From Patescibacteria group bacterium (lineage in GTDB: Bacteria; Patescibacteriota; Microgenomatia; JAMCYU01), in contig JAMCYU010000009.1 in the NCBI GenBank assembly GCA_023473585.1, positions 19,487 through 83,486 on the forward strand: a stretch of DNA of 64,000 nucleotides, given 5' to 3'. The notes beneath the pieces were generated by a model. The model searched no databases. It had not been told where the DNA came from and saw only the letters and a program-made list of their open reading frames with translations. The first letter of the stretch is position 1, and each line of letters begins with the position of its first letter. Shown here piece after piece: positions 10,344-19,870 of the stretch. The translations under genes and the position numbers were made by a program.

Positions 10344-10372
10344 TTGACAACATAAGAAAAACGTGATATATA
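10344..10372 (+). promoter_or_regulatory. sigma70-type promoter (TTGACA-17-TATATA) for the plus-strand cassette
   Basis: TTGACA, then a 17-nt spacer, then TATATAa. GGAG RBS 8 nt before the ATG at 10393. Confidence 0.55.
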
Positions 10373-10392
10373 AAGACTCTGGAGAAAATTTT

Positions 10393-10794
10393 ATGGTAAC
10401 AAAATTAGAAGTCAACGTTGACGGAACAAAATTCAGCCCAGATCTTCGAGCAAAGGGAGTTGACGAAAAAAAAGCTTGTGGTTTAATTAGAGAGATCCTT
10501 GACGGATACAACGGTCCGGGAGCCGGACCTCAAGGAAAACTTTTAAAAGGCCTGAATTTAACAATAAATGGTCAGGAGAAGAAAACTAGAAAAGAACCTC
10601 CTAAATTATCACCAGAAGACCATCAAGGATTGGCAGAAAAATATAGAGAGCTCGCTGATGACTTAATACAAAGAGCTAAAAATGATCCTTCTCTTTGTCA
10701 ACCATGGTTTAATGACGATGGCGAAGAATGCCCACCTCCAATTACTCTTGTCCCTCAATTGAGCCGGCTAGCTAACCAATTAGAAGCTAAATAA
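10393..10794 (+). CDS. hypothetical protein (133 aa)
   Basis: ORF with a good RBS. The ORF-track start at 10363 overlaps the -10 element, so I used the ATG at 10393. I recognised no family. Confidence 0.5.
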   Translation: MVTKLEVNVDGTKFSPDLRAKGVDEKKACGLIREILDGYNGPGAGPQGKLLKGLNLTINGQEKKTRKEPPKLSPEDHQGLAEKYRELADDLIQRAKNDPSLCQPWFNDDGEECPPPITLVPQLSRLANQLEAK

Positions 10795-10803
10795 AAACAA
10801 TTT

Positions 10804-11766
10804 ATGATCTTAAACCCCGAAAGTGGAAAACCACTTTTGGCTGATTACACCGGTCATTCTCCAAAAATTCTTGTCAGTGAAGGAAATTTACTTGGCCATA
10901 ACCCAGCCATTGAGGGATTTGAAGGCAAAATTCAGGCTTTATGGCAAGAAGCCTGCGGGTCTTTCAGAACAAATAAGGCCAGGATTACTAAAATGCTGGA
11001 AATACTGCCGGCCGATTTAAGAATTCCTCAAACGGTTATCCTTTCCCAAGATAAAGATGGACTGCGAGGAGAGATTGAACAAGGAATAAGGGACAATAGA
11101 GAGATTGGTTTAAGAACCTGTTTTAATAACGCACAGACTCCACCAGCGGGAACTGCTCCTTGGATTATGGGCTTGAATCAAGAAAAACTGGTATCAGCTT
11201 TTTTTGACGAGCAACCGCTTCCAAAAACTCCTATTTGGACAGGCTTTCAAGAAACTTATCGGGACTGGCAAAAATATCCGGGTCTGACCGAAATTATCGT
11301 TATGAAAAATCCGCCTGGTTTAGGCAGAGGAAACTTAAGGGGAAAACATTTTGTCTTCCGGGTTGAAACCGTTGATACCAATTTACGAGCCGAACTAAGA
11401 ATTGGAACAGACCAAATGCGTGACATTGAAGGCAGGGCCAAGCGTGCTGATTTGATTGAAATTACAATGGACATCTCTGAAAACGGTTATGGGATTTTCA
11501 TTCCCGGCAAAATAAAACTCGAACCGGGTAGAAATTATCTTACTAAACACTTAAAAATTCGATCATTCCCCTATAAAATTACTAAACAGGTCATGGAAAC
11601 CGTCTTTGGTCAGTGGTGCCCTCAATTTTATTATCTTTTATTAGCCTTGGATAAATTTGGTTTGGGAGCGATTGAATTTCAGGGTCGTCAAGACAAAGGG
11701 AAAGTTACATGGATTTTAGCCCATGGTTTCAGGGGTGTAAGAGAAGAAAAAATGACTTATCTTTGA
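10804..11766 (+). CDS. hypothetical protein (320 aa)
   Basis: Long ORF 9 nt after the previous one, on the opposite strand to all neighbours. No recognisable motif. Confidence 0.5.
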   Translation: MILNPESGKPLLADYTGHSPKILVSEGNLLGHNPAIEGFEGKIQALWQEACGSFRTNKARITKMLEILPADLRIPQTVILSQDKDGLRGEIEQGIRDNREIGLRTCFNNAQTPPAGTAPWIMGLNQEKLVSAFFDEQPLPKTPIWTGFQETYRDWQKYPGLTEIIVMKNPPGLGRGNLRGKHFVFRVETVDTNLRAELRIGTDQMRDIEGRAKRADLIEITMDISENGYGIFIPGKIKLEPGRNYLTKHLKIRSFPYKITKQVMETVFGQWCPQFYYLLLALDKFGLGAIEFQGRQDKGKVTWILAHGFRGVREEKMTYL

Positions 11767-12575
11767 CATTTTGGGCAATAAAAGGTGCCGCGGCCGCCCA
11801 AAACGATTCTTTTGATTTTACCGCCGCAAGAATTCGGACAAGGTTTCCCGTTTTTTCCATAAACCAAAAAATGTTCCTGGTAAGCGCCTTTTTGCCCATA
11901 AGCATCTAAATAATCCTGATCAGAAGCGCCGCGGTATTTTAAACCCAAGCGTAAAACAGCTTCTATCTTCGTCAATAATTTTTCCGCCTCTTTATCTTGT
12001 AGGCTTTTGGCGGGACGGCGCGGATCAATTTTAGCCAAAAATAAAGCCTCACCAGCGTAGATATTGCCGATCCCCGAGATCTTCGTTTGATCCATCAGGA
12101 TAATTTTTATCGGCCGGCTGTTTTTTTTCAGGATTTGTTTGAATTCCGCTAAGGTTAAATCATTTAAGGGCTCCGGACCAAAACCGGTTAAAATTTTTTG
12201 AAGTTCTTTTTCATCTTCAATCAGCTTAATCCAACCGAATTTGCGCGAATCGGCAAAGCGCAACTGGGTCTCGTCAGAAAAACTAATAACGACGTGTGTC
12301 CATTGATCTTCCTTATCATTTTTCCGGCGATATAATAAGCGTCCGGTTAATTTTAAATGGACAATTAAAATCCTGCCGTTATCAAGAAAAATCTGTAAAA
12401 GTTTGGCCCGTCTTTCAATTTTAAGAATCTTGGTGCCAACGATAGCTTGAGTCACCACACTCAATGATGGCTGGACCTGTTTTGGGCTGTTCGTTTCGAT
12501 GGCCACGATTTTCTTACCCACGATCAACTTTTGTAGGTCCTGACGAATGGTTTCAACTTCCGGCAATTCCGGCAT
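11757..12575 (-). CDS. mutM: formamidopyrimidine-DNA glycosylase (Fpg/MutM)
   Basis: N-terminal MPELPEVE (catalytic Pro2/Glu3) and a C-terminal CPNSCGG...CPKCQ zinc finger. Confidence 0.85.
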   Translation of the reverse strand: MPELPEVETIRQDLQKLIVGKKIVAIETNSPKQVQPSLSVVTQAIVGTKILKIERRAKLLQIFLDNGRILIVHLKLTGRLLYRRKNDKEDQWTHVVISFSDETQLRFADSRKFGWIKLIEDEKELQKILTGFGPEPLNDLTLAEFKQILKKNSRPIKIILMDQTKISGIGNIYAGEALFLAKIDPRRPAKSLQDKEAEKLLTKIEAVLRLGLKYRGASDQDYLDAYGQKGAYQEHFLVYGKNGKPCPNSCGGKIKRIVLGGRGTFYCPKCQR

Positions 12576-13689
12576 GAAAAGCCTCCATTTTTTCTTTCAC
12601 AAATTCCAAAATTTCCTTTTTAAATCTTTCCTGGCTAAATTTCGCGGCCTGCTTTTGGCATTCGTCTTTAGCATATTTTTTTATATCAAAATGTTTCAAA
12701 ACATTAATTAATGAATCAGCGGTATACTCATTGAAAAATTCTCCGGTTTTTCCCTCAATCACGGTTTCCAAATATCCTCCGCCCCGAAAAGCAATCACGG
12801 GCCGACCCGCGGCCTGGGCTTCCACGGTCGTCATGCCAAAATCCTCATCATAGGCCAAAGCTAAAAAAGCACGGCATTCGCCATAAAGCCTCCATAAGTC
12901 TTTGTCTTCAACCCGACCCAAAAACTCAATCGTTCCCCCTTGAGCTTCTTTAAGCTTTTTCTCTTCCCAATGCAAGCCCACCGGTTCGCCGACAATTTTT
13001 AAATTGATCTTTAATCTATTCGCGGCCTCAATCGCTAGTTCAAGACCCTTGGCACCGGCTAGTCTGGCCACAACCAGGAAATAATCCTGAGGCTTTAGAT
13101 TTTTCGTCGCCTGAATGATTTCGGTGACTTTAACCGGCGGATAAATGACTTTTGAATCGCGCCGGTAAAACTTCGCGATCCTTTTTTTGGTATTTTCTGA
13201 ATTGGCGATAAAATCATTAACTTTTTGGGCGGCCAGATAATCATATTGGCGCAAAAAATGGGCCACAATTTCGCCGTAAATTCTTACCGGCCAAAACCTT
13301 TTCCATTCCATGGCCGTCTGATAACCATAAAGCCAGCGTGGCGGGGTGTGACAATAACAAAGGTGTAAAGTTTCGGGAGGCGTTTTAATGCTTTTGGTGA
13401 TATACCAGGAGGCCGAAGAAATCACCAAATCAAAACCCCGAAAATCAAAACTTTCCCAGATTAAAGGCGTTAAAAACCTTAAGGGCGAAAACAAATTACC
13501 CAGGCTTAAAAAACCGTTAGCCCAGGAAGTGAGAACTTTTTTATTTTTGAAAGCTCGGCCGGCGGTTGAATCCGGAACCCTGAAAGCCGTATAAATCGGG
13601 GCTTCGGGATAAATTTCCGAAAGAGTTTCTAAAACCCTTTCCGCTCCCCCGTATTCTTTTAAATAATCATGAACTAAAGCAACTCGCAT
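12553..13689 (-). CDS. glycosyltransferase family 4 (GT-B, RfaB-like)
   Basis: EAQAAGRPVIAFRGGGYLETV, the EX7E-type motif region. Confidence 0.75.
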   Translation of the reverse strand: MRVALVHDYLKEYGGAERVLETLSEIYPEAPIYTAFRVPDSTAGRAFKNKKVLTSWANGFLSLGNLFSPLRFLTPLIWESFDFRGFDLVISSASWYITKSIKTPPETLHLCYCHTPPRWLYGYQTAMEWKRFWPVRIYGEIVAHFLRQYDYLAAQKVNDFIANSENTKKRIAKFYRRDSKVIYPPVKVTEIIQATKNLKPQDYFLVVARLAGAKGLELAIEAANRLKINLKIVGEPVGLHWEEKKLKEAQGGTIEFLGRVEDKDLWRLYGECRAFLALAYDEDFGMTTVEAQAAGRPVIAFRGGGYLETVIEGKTGEFFNEYTADSLINVLKHFDIKKYAKDECQKQAAKFSQERFKKEILEFVKEKMEAFHAGIAGS

Positions 13690-13701
13690 AAATTAGAAAT
13701 T

Positions 13702-14649
13702 CTAAAATAATCCCATCTGTTGATCCTTCGTGTTCTCTGTTTTTTTCTGTGCTTTCTGTGTTACGGGCTTCTGAAATTCATGGATATCCAAGGGCAACCT
13801 GGCAATTAAGCTACGAAACTCCAAATCTTCAAAAAGCTTCGCCACTTTGTCCCAATCATAGTCAGTCAAACGACACTTCTCAAGTTCCAGCTTAATCGGC
13901 GCGTTTTTAATAATCGTCGCCAAATATAATGAAAGCTCGGCGTTTTCTTTTTCCTTTCTTAGTTTTTCGGCAATTTTGGGTGAGATTTTCTCTAAATTTT
14001 GATAGATCTTTTTCAAGGTTGCGTATTCTTTAATAAGGTCAATGGCGGTTTTCGGACCAATACCCAAAACGCCCGGATAATTGTCAGATTGGTCTCCAAT
14101 TAAAGCTTTAAAATCGGGAATTTGCTTAGGCTTAACGCCCATCTTTTCTTCAACCAGCGTCTCATCAAATAGGGTCGCCTGTGATAAGCCCTTAACCGGC
14201 ATATAAACTTTGGTCTTTTCCCCGACCAGTTGTAAAAGATCACGGTCGCCGGTAACCACAATCGTTTCGTGAGCTTTTGTTTCACGGCTTGCTTGCTCAA
14301 CTAATGTCCCGATCAGATCGTCCGCTTCAAAACCGTCCTTTTCAAAAATAGGAATATTTAAGGTTTTAACGACCTCCTTAACCCTTTCTATCTGGCCAAC
14401 CAATTCATCAACCATGGCCGGCCTTTTCGCCTGGTAGCCTTTAAACTTTTCTTTTCGAAAAGTCGGGGCTTTGCGGTCAAAACAAACGGCCACATATTCC
14501 GGATGAAAAGCTTCAAAAATTTTTAAAAGCATGGAGGTAAAACCGAAAACGGCGTTAACTAACTCTCCTTTGGAAGTCGTTAGGGGGGGAAGAGCATGAA
14601 AAGCGCGATGGAGAATGGCGTTACCGTCAATAAGAATTAAACGCTTCAT
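13702..14649 (-). CDS. 5'-3' exonuclease (Pol I N-terminal/FEN-like domain protein)
   Basis: MKRLILIDGNAILHRAFHAL plus H3TH motifs. 315 aa with no polymerase domain. Confidence 0.8.
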   Translation of the reverse strand: MKRLILIDGNAILHRAFHALPPLTTSKGELVNAVFGFTSMLLKIFEAFHPEYVAVCFDRKAPTFRKEKFKGYQAKRPAMVDELVGQIERVKEVVKTLNIPIFEKDGFEADDLIGTLVEQASRETKAHETIVVTGDRDLLQLVGEKTKVYMPVKGLSQATLFDETLVEEKMGVKPKQIPDFKALIGDQSDNYPGVLGIGPKTAIDLIKEYATLKKIYQNLEKISPKIAEKLRKEKENAELSLYLATIIKNAPIKLELEKCRLTDYDWDKVAKLFEDLEFRSLIARLPLDIHEFQKPVTQKAQKKTENTKDQQMGLF

Positions 14650-14651
14650 TT

Positions 14652-16535
14652 TTAGGCCGCGGCCGGTTCATTTTGAGAAGTACGAATCCCTTTCATCAGG
14701 GAATCAAATTCTTCGCCTTCAATGGTTTCTTTTTTCACCAGCTCGTTGGCGACTAAGTCCAGCTTACCTTTTAATTTCGTTAAAATCTTTAAAGATTCTT
14801 TATAGGCATGGTCAATAATCTTATTAACTTCGTTATCAACTTTCGCGGCCATCTCGGGTGATAACTGAGCCGGCTCATACCACATTCCCCCGGCTTCTGA
14901 CAGATCAACCTGCGGTCCTAAATTAACCGGACCCAAATCACTCATACCATACTCAATAACCATGGTTCGGGCAATTTCCGTGGCCTTTTGAATGTCAGAA
15001 GAGGCACCGGCGGTAAACTCATGAAAAATTAACTCTTCCGCCGCCCGGCCGCCCAAAAGCGAAGTCACCTGTTCCAAAAGATGAGACTGGGTTTCGTTAT
15101 AGCGATCTTTCGCCGGCGGGATTAAAGTAAAGCCTAAAGATAAACCCCGGCTGACAATCGAGATCCGATGTACCGGATCCATGTGCGGCAATTCGTGAGC
15201 GACCACGGCGTGTCCGGCCTCATGATAGGCCGTCATTTTTTTGTCCAAATCCGACTGAAGCCGTTTCTTTTCCGGACCTAACTTAACTTTGGTCGCGGCT
15301 TCTTCGATATCTTCCATATCAATCGCTCTTTTTCCGCCTCGAGCCGCTAAAATCGCCGCTTCGTTAAGCATATTCTCCAAATCCGCTCCGGAAAAACCGA
15401 CCGTCCGTTTGGCCACCTTGTCCCAATCAACTTCTTTCGTAAAGGGCTTGCCTCTCATATGAATCTTTAAAATCGCCTTGCGGCCTTCAATGTCCGGCAT
15501 ATCCAACATCACCCGGCGGTCAAAGCGGCCCGGTCGCAGCAGGGCCGGATCTAAAAGATCGCCTCTGTTGGTCGCGGCAATGACAATCACGTTTTCGTTC
15601 GGCGTAAAACCGTCCATCTCCACCAAAATCTGGTTTAAAGTCTGTTCCCGTTCGTCATGCCCGCCCATGACCCCGACGGCCCGCATCCGACCAATGGCGT
15701 CAATCTCGTCAATGAAAATAATCGCCGGCGCGTTTTTCTTGGCCGTGTTAAAAAGATCCCGAACTCTTGAGGCACCGACACCAACTAACATTTCCATAAA
15801 TTCCGAGCCGGCCATGGAGAAAAAAGCGACATTAGCCTCACCGGCCACGGCCCGCGCCAAAAGAGTTTTGCCGGTTCCGGCGGGCCCAACCAGCAGGGCT
15901 CCCTTTGGGGTTCTGGCCCCTAAAGCACGGTACTTACCAGGATGTTTTAAGAAGTCAACGACTTCGGAAAGCTCTTGTTTGGCCTCATCCACGCCGGCCA
16001 CGTCCGCGAAAGTCACTTTCGGCATGTCTTTATTAAAAAGTTTAGCTTTGGACTGGCCGAAAGAGAAAAGGTTATCTTGAGCTCCTCTCGCCTGACGGAA
16101 AATAAAGAAGAAAAAAGCCACCATTAAAACCAAAGGCAAAACAGTCGAGAGAAAATTCCACCAAGCCGCGGTCATTTCCGAATCTTTAACCTGAATTTCC
16201 ACCTGCTTGGCATCAATACCGGCCGATTCTAAGATTTTCGTCAACGACTCCTGCGATTCTTTGTGGACGTTAAAGGCCTTTCCGTCTTTATAGGTTACGG
16301 TTAGACGATTCCCCTCAACTTCAATTTTTTTAATTTTATTGTCCTTAGCGTCACTAATAATCGTTGATAACGGTTTCTCTTCTAAGAATTTGGCTCCATG
16401 TTGAAAGGAAAGAAAAAAGGAAACACCGAAAATAAAGATAAAAAACCAGATAAAAAGATTTTTGAGGTTTAAATTTACCCTAATTTCAGACATTTTCTTG
16501 ATAGGACGCAATTTTTGAGTGTCTTCTTCCATCAT
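14652..16535 (-). CDS. ftsH: ATP-dependent zinc metalloprotease FtsH
   Basis: [18 protein letters not shown] Walker A, second region of homology, HEAGHA zinc site, and an N-terminal TM. Confidence 0.95.
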   Translation of the reverse strand: MMEEDTQKLRPIKKMSEIRVNLNLKNLFIWFFIFIFGVSFFLSFQHGAKFLEEKPLSTIISDAKDNKIKKIEVEGNRLTVTYKDGKAFNVHKESQESLTKILESAGIDAKQVEIQVKDSEMTAAWWNFLSTVLPLVLMVAFFFFIFRQARGAQDNLFSFGQSKAKLFNKDMPKVTFADVAGVDEAKQELSEVVDFLKHPGKYRALGARTPKGALLVGPAGTGKTLLARAVAGEANVAFFSMAGSEFMEMLVGVGASRVRDLFNTAKKNAPAIIFIDEIDAIGRMRAVGVMGGHDEREQTLNQILVEMDGFTPNENVIVIAATNRGDLLDPALLRPGRFDRRVMLDMPDIEGRKAILKIHMRGKPFTKEVDWDKVAKRTVGFSGADLENMLNEAAILAARGGKRAIDMEDIEEAATKVKLGPEKKRLQSDLDKKMTAYHEAGHAVVAHELPHMDPVHRISIVSRGLSLGFTLIPPAKDRYNETQSHLLEQVTSLLGGRAAEELIFHEFTAGASSDIQKATEIARTMVIEYGMSDLGPVNLGPQVDLSEAGGMWYEPAQLSPEMAAKVDNEVNKIIDHAYKESLKILTKLKGKLDLVANELVKKETIEGEEFDSLMKGIRTSQNEPAAA

Positions 16536-16580
16536 AAATTCTCAAGTAATTTTGTGGAGGAAATTATATCACATTACGTC

Positions 16581-17579
16581 TTAAGCGAGAAGACCCATTT
16601 TTTGCTTAACTTCCATTAAAGTTTGGCTGGCAATTTTGGTGGCATAATCCCGGCCGTCCCTTAAGGCTCCTTCGACTAAAGCCGGATGAGCTTCATAATA
16701 TTTTCTTTTTTCCTGAATCGGCGCCAGAACTTTATAAATACCGTTGGCCAAATCTTCTTTCAATGCCCGATAATTAATCCCAGTACTTAAATATTTTTGT
16801 TCATACTTAGCGCGTTTATCCTGACCCTGAAAAATTTCAACCATTTTCAAAAGATTAGCCACGCCTCCCTCTTGGGGAATGTCTTTGCCAAAACCTTTAT
16901 CCGTCGGCGCGGCGGCCAGTCTTTTTTTGATCGTCGCCTGATCATCGGCAAGCAAGATAAAACTTCCCTCAACGCTTTTGCTCATTTTGCCGCTGCCTAA
17001 AAGCGAAGGAACATATTCTTCTTTCGTTATAAAGCGTTGCGGTTCAGGAAAAGTCACATGATCTTTAGTGCCGTCAGGAAACATCCTGTTAAATTTTCTG
17101 GCTATTTCCCGGGCTATTTCGATATGCGGCTCCTGGTCAAGACCGACCGGAACCAGCTCCGCCTTGTAAACCAAAATATCGGCGGCCATCAAAACCGGAT
17201 AGTATAAAAGGGCCAGATTGACATAATCGGGGTGCTGTAATTTTTTATCCTTATAGGTCGGCAAATCTTCAAGCCGGGAAACCGGATAAACGGTTGATAA
17301 AAGATAGGCCAGTTCCAGATGTTCCGGAACCTGGGATTGAATCATGAGGTGACACTTATGCGGATCTAAACCCGCGGCCAGATAATCCAAAACGACCTCT
17401 CTTATCTTTTTTTGGAGGGTTTTGGGCTCAAAAGGCGTCGTTATTGTATGCAAATCCACCACGGAAAAAATGCAGTCATACTTATCCTGAAGCTCCAACA
17501 TGCCTTTGACCGCGCCAAAATAATTGCCTAAATGCAATCTGCCCGTAGCTCTAATTCCTGAAAAAACACGTTTATCCAT
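16581..17579 (-). CDS. trpS: tryptophan--tRNA ligase
   Basis: HLGNYFGA (HIGH) and KMSKS motifs. 332 aa. Confidence 0.9.
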   Translation of the reverse strand: MDKRVFSGIRATGRLHLGNYFGAVKGMLELQDKYDCIFSVVDLHTITTPFEPKTLQKKIREVVLDYLAAGLDPHKCHLMIQSQVPEHLELAYLLSTVYPVSRLEDLPTYKDKKLQHPDYVNLALLYYPVLMAADILVYKAELVPVGLDQEPHIEIAREIARKFNRMFPDGTKDHVTFPEPQRFITKEEYVPSLLGSGKMSKSVEGSFILLADDQATIKKRLAAAPTDKGFGKDIPQEGGVANLLKMVEIFQGQDKRAKYEQKYLSTGINYRALKEDLANGIYKVLAPIQEKRKYYEAHPALVEGALRDGRDYATKIASQTLMEVKQKMGLLA

Positions 17580-17583
17580 AAAG

Positions 17584-17657
17584 GGTGGCTACGGCTGGGA
17601 TCGAACCAGCGACACATGGCTTATGATGCCACCGCTCTACCGCTGAGCTACGTAGCC
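17584..17657 (-). tRNA. tRNA-Met (CAU), elongator type
   Basis: The reverse complement folds as GGCUACG/CGUAGCC acceptor, AGCUCAGCGGUAGAGC D-arm, anticodon loop AUCAUAA, T-arm GCUGG-UUCGAUC-CCAGC, and an encoded CC. The acceptor is identical to E. coli elongator tRNA-Met. tRNA-Ile2 (lysidine) cannot be fully excluded. Confidence 0.8.
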
Positions 17658-17801
17658 CTAAAAATCTAAAGATTTTCAGGGTAAACCCTAGCAAATTTTA
17701 ACAGAAAAGAAGGATTAAGTAAACTGGCGCTGTTTTTTTCGTTGCACGAAGTGCTCGCGCTGAGCTTGTCGAAGGAGAACGTCTTATTGGTTAATCTTTA
17801 T

Positions 17802-18079
17802 CTAAATAAATGGTGCGGGAAGATACACTACTCGTTCGGGAACTCCTACCTGGTGGACGAAACCAGCGCCTATCCCTTTTTTGTCCGTTTCCTCAAATAG
17901 TCTATGTCTGTCCATTCCTGTTCCTGCTAATTGACCTTCGTGAAAAAAAACATAGGTTCCGGGTGGCATATCTTCAAACTGACCTGCTTGTAAGGCTGTC
18001 TGATAGGCCTTATAGTTTGGGTCATTGGCTAATTCATCAGGAACACTAACTTCTTTTTTATTTACGGTCATAATCATTC
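17802..18079 (-). CDS. hypothetical small protein (92 aa)
   Basis: ATG preceded by AAAAGGAGA. Local GC is higher. I used the shorter start rather than the 163-aa ORF-track version, which overlaps the upstream small ORF. Confidence 0.4.
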
Positions 18080-18096
18080 TCCTTTTAAACTTGTCC

Positions 18097-18312
18097 TTAT
18101 CGCATCTTTTGACCTGCTCTTTGGGCAAGAGCACCCCCAAAACAATGACTGAAGCTATTTGTTCTATGAAAAGATGCGTCGTCCTTTGCGAAAGACCTAT
18201 AGAATTTAGCCATGTCGCGTGGAACACGACCATGCTCTCTAAGATCCTCCTGAATCCAGTTCTTAAGTTGTAAAGCGGTCTCACTACAAACAAGAATTCT
18301 CTCTGTTTTCAT
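18097..18312 (-). CDS. hypothetical small protein (71 aa)
   Basis: MKTERILVCSE..., preceded by GGGAGAAGAAAGGGA. It is 18 nt upstream of the next small ORF. Confidence 0.35.
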   Translation of the reverse strand: MKTERILVCSETALQLKNWIQEDLREHGRVPRDMAKFYRSFAKDDASFHRTNSFSHCFGGALAQRAGQKMR

Positions 18313-18420
18313 TCCCTTTCTTCTCCCTCTATAAACCATCCAATGACATAACCAAATGGACGGTAAATTTATAAAAAAATGGCTATACCAGTTTGGGCAG
18401 AATTATAGGTTTTAAACTTG

Positions 18421-18460
18421 AAAAAAGCAATAAACAAAAAGGGCGTTAATACGCCCTTAA
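18421..18460 (-). terminator. rho-independent terminator (minus strand)
   Basis: On the minus strand, AAGGGCG-UAUUAA-CGCCCUU hairpin followed by UUUUUGUUUAUUGCUUUUUU. It lies directly 3' of the tRNA-like gene. Confidence 0.6.
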
Positions 18461-18469
18461 TTTATTATG

Positions 18470-18539
18470 TTGCGGGGCCGGGAGTCGCGCCCGGCCTAGG
18501 AGATTATGAGCCTCCTGTGCAACTCTACACTACCCCGCG
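18470..18539 (-). tRNA. atypical initiator-like tRNA (anticodon CAU) or tRNA-derived element
   Basis: The reverse complement has acceptor CGCGGGG/CCCCGCA with a C1xA72 mismatch, identical to E. coli tRNA-fMet. Anticodon loop is CUCAUAA. The D-arm is shortened and lacks GG, and the T-loop is CGCGACU rather than UUCRAAU. It is only 70 nt, with no CCA. Confidence 0.45.
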
Positions 18540-18580
18540 TCGAGGTCTAGATTATAGCAAATCTTCCTATTATTGACAAC

Positions 18581-18922
18581 TTAGAAAAACAGTCTCCACC
18601 ATTTCTGCCAATTGGCAAGTTTTTCTTCCGGATTAAGTTTTGGGTTTTGGGGCAAAATCGAAGGCAGGATAACGACCGTTTCCCCCTCCTTCGCCAAGCC
18701 TAATTTTTCCCGAGCCATTTTTTCCAAGAAAGAAGGTGATTGAACTTCGCTTAGCTTATTTTTAAGTTCGTCGTTTTGGTATTTTAATTCCGCCACTTTT
18801 TTTTCTTCTTCTTTGAGTTTATCGCCGGCTTTAAGAAGACTATAAATAGACCTTGTAAGATTTACTATTAAAAACAAACCTAAAATAAGAATAATTAAAT
18901 TTGTCAGTCTGGACTTAAACAT
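18581..18922 (-). CDS. septum formation initiator (FtsB/DivIC-like)
   Basis: Single TM, a coiled coil (KLKEEEKKVAELKYQNDELKNKL) and an EKMAREKLGL motif. I trimmed the start to MFKSRL. Confidence 0.5.
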   Translation of the reverse strand: MFKSRLTNLIILILGLFLIVNLTRSIYSLLKAGDKLKEEEKKVAELKYQNDELKNKLSEVQSPSFLEKMAREKLGLAKEGETVVILPSILPQNPKLNPEEKLANWQKWWRLFF

Positions 18923-18962
18923 AAAGGCCGTCCCCAATAGTAACTTTATAAAAACAGCTCTC

Positions 18963-18991
18963 TTGACACATAACTTCGTGAATGATATTAT
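18963..18991 (+). promoter_or_regulatory. consensus sigma70 promoter (TTGACA-17-TATTAT), near-leaderless transcript for the recombinase
   Basis: Perfect -35 and a 17-nt spacer. The ATG at 19004 starts only 12 nt after the -10, and there is no SD. Confidence 0.6.
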
Positions 18992-19003
18992 AGGTCGCGA
19001 AAT

Positions 19004-19867
19004 ATGCCTCAAACTCTTGATTTATCTTCTGCCAGAGAAAAATTTGTTGAATTTTTAGAAGGGCAACGGCGTGCCCATGCCACTATTTTAGCATACCGCA
19101 AAGATATCGAACAATTAATGAACTTCCTCAAGGATATGGGTAGAAAAACCATTGATGAGGCGCAAAAAGAAGATATCGAGGCTTTCTTAGGTAAGCTCGG
19201 CAAAGACGGCTACACGCAAAAATCTCTTTCCCGAAAGTTAAACTCTTTTAAAACTTTTTACCGGTTTTTAAAAAGCTCCGACATTGTTCAGTTTGATCGG
19301 GCCGCAGAAATCGCTCACCCGAAATATGAAGTTCGGCCGCCCAGAATTCTTTCCAAAATAGAATACCGGGCGCTAAGAGATGCCTGCCGGGAAGATGTCA
19401 GAATTTCCGCTATTGTTGAGATTCTTCTGCAAACCGGCTTAAGAATCGGTGAGTTGGCCAACTTACGTCTTGAAGATCTTCGGGAAAACGAAATTATCGT
19501 TAAGCCCTTTGAATCCCATGAAGGCCGAACTGTGCCTTTAAACAAGGCGGCTAAGGCGGCTTTGGACCATTATCTGACGATCAGGCCGAAAACCAAGGAA
19601 GAAGCGCTTTTCATAACCAAAACCGGCAAACCACTTTTGATCAGAAACATAAGAACCGCGATTGACCGTTATTTTAAATTGGCCGGAATTGAACATGCGT
19701 GTGTTAATGATCTCCGTCATACTTTTATTGCCCATCATTTAATGGCCGGAACGCCTTTAACCGTCATCTCGAAACTAGCCGGCCACAAAAGACTCTCGAC
19801 GACCGAAAAGTATTTAGATTTAGTAAAAGACAAAGTCGAAGAAAACGTCAAATTAGAGGAATTATAG
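19004..19867 (+). CDS. tyrosine site-specific recombinase (XerC/XerD/phage-integrase family)
   Basis: N-terminal SAM-like domain and a catalytic domain with R...HxxR...Y signature (DLRHTFIAHHLMAG...TEKYLDL). Confidence 0.85.
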   Translation: MPQTLDLSSAREKFVEFLEGQRRAHATILAYRKDIEQLMNFLKDMGRKTIDEAQKEDIEAFLGKLGKDGYTQKSLSRKLNSFKTFYRFLKSSDIVQFDRAAEIAHPKYEVRPPRILSKIEYRALRDACREDVRISAIVEILLQTGLRIGELANLRLEDLRENEIIVKPFESHEGRTVPLNKAAKAALDHYLTIRPKTKEEALFITKTGKPLLIRNIRTAIDRYFKLAGIEHACVNDLRHTFIAHHLMAGTPLTVISKLAGHKRLSTTEKYLDLVKDKVEENVKLEEL

Positions 19868-19870
19868 CTC

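Noticed and set aside
10363-10392. ORF-track start codon at 10363 for the first cassette gene
   Set aside because: It overlaps the -10 promoter hexamer. The ATG at 10393 has a proper GGAG RBS.
15478-16080. 200-aa plus-strand ORF inside ftsH
   Set aside because: It is antisense to a confidently identified FtsH gene. Its Ala/Ser/Pro/Arg-rich composition is typical of antisense frames of GC-richer coding DNA.
17584-17658. Possible tRNA-His because of an extra 5' G (G-1)
   Set aside because: The anticodon is CAU, not GUG. The extra G is just flanking sequence. The acceptor matches elongator tRNA-Met.
17660-17800. Hairpin GCACGAAGUGC near 17740 as a terminator
   Set aside because: No U-tract follows it on either strand in the appropriate orientation.
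17802-18293. 163-aa version of the small minus-strand ORF
   Set aside because: The long version overlaps the upstream 71-aa ORF in another frame and lacks an RBS. The internal ATG at 18079 has a strong AGGAGA RBS.
19004-19867. Calling the recombinase specifically xerC or xerD
   Set aside because: I cannot distinguish chromosomal Xer from element integrases without a phylogeny. I left it as a tyrosine recombinase.
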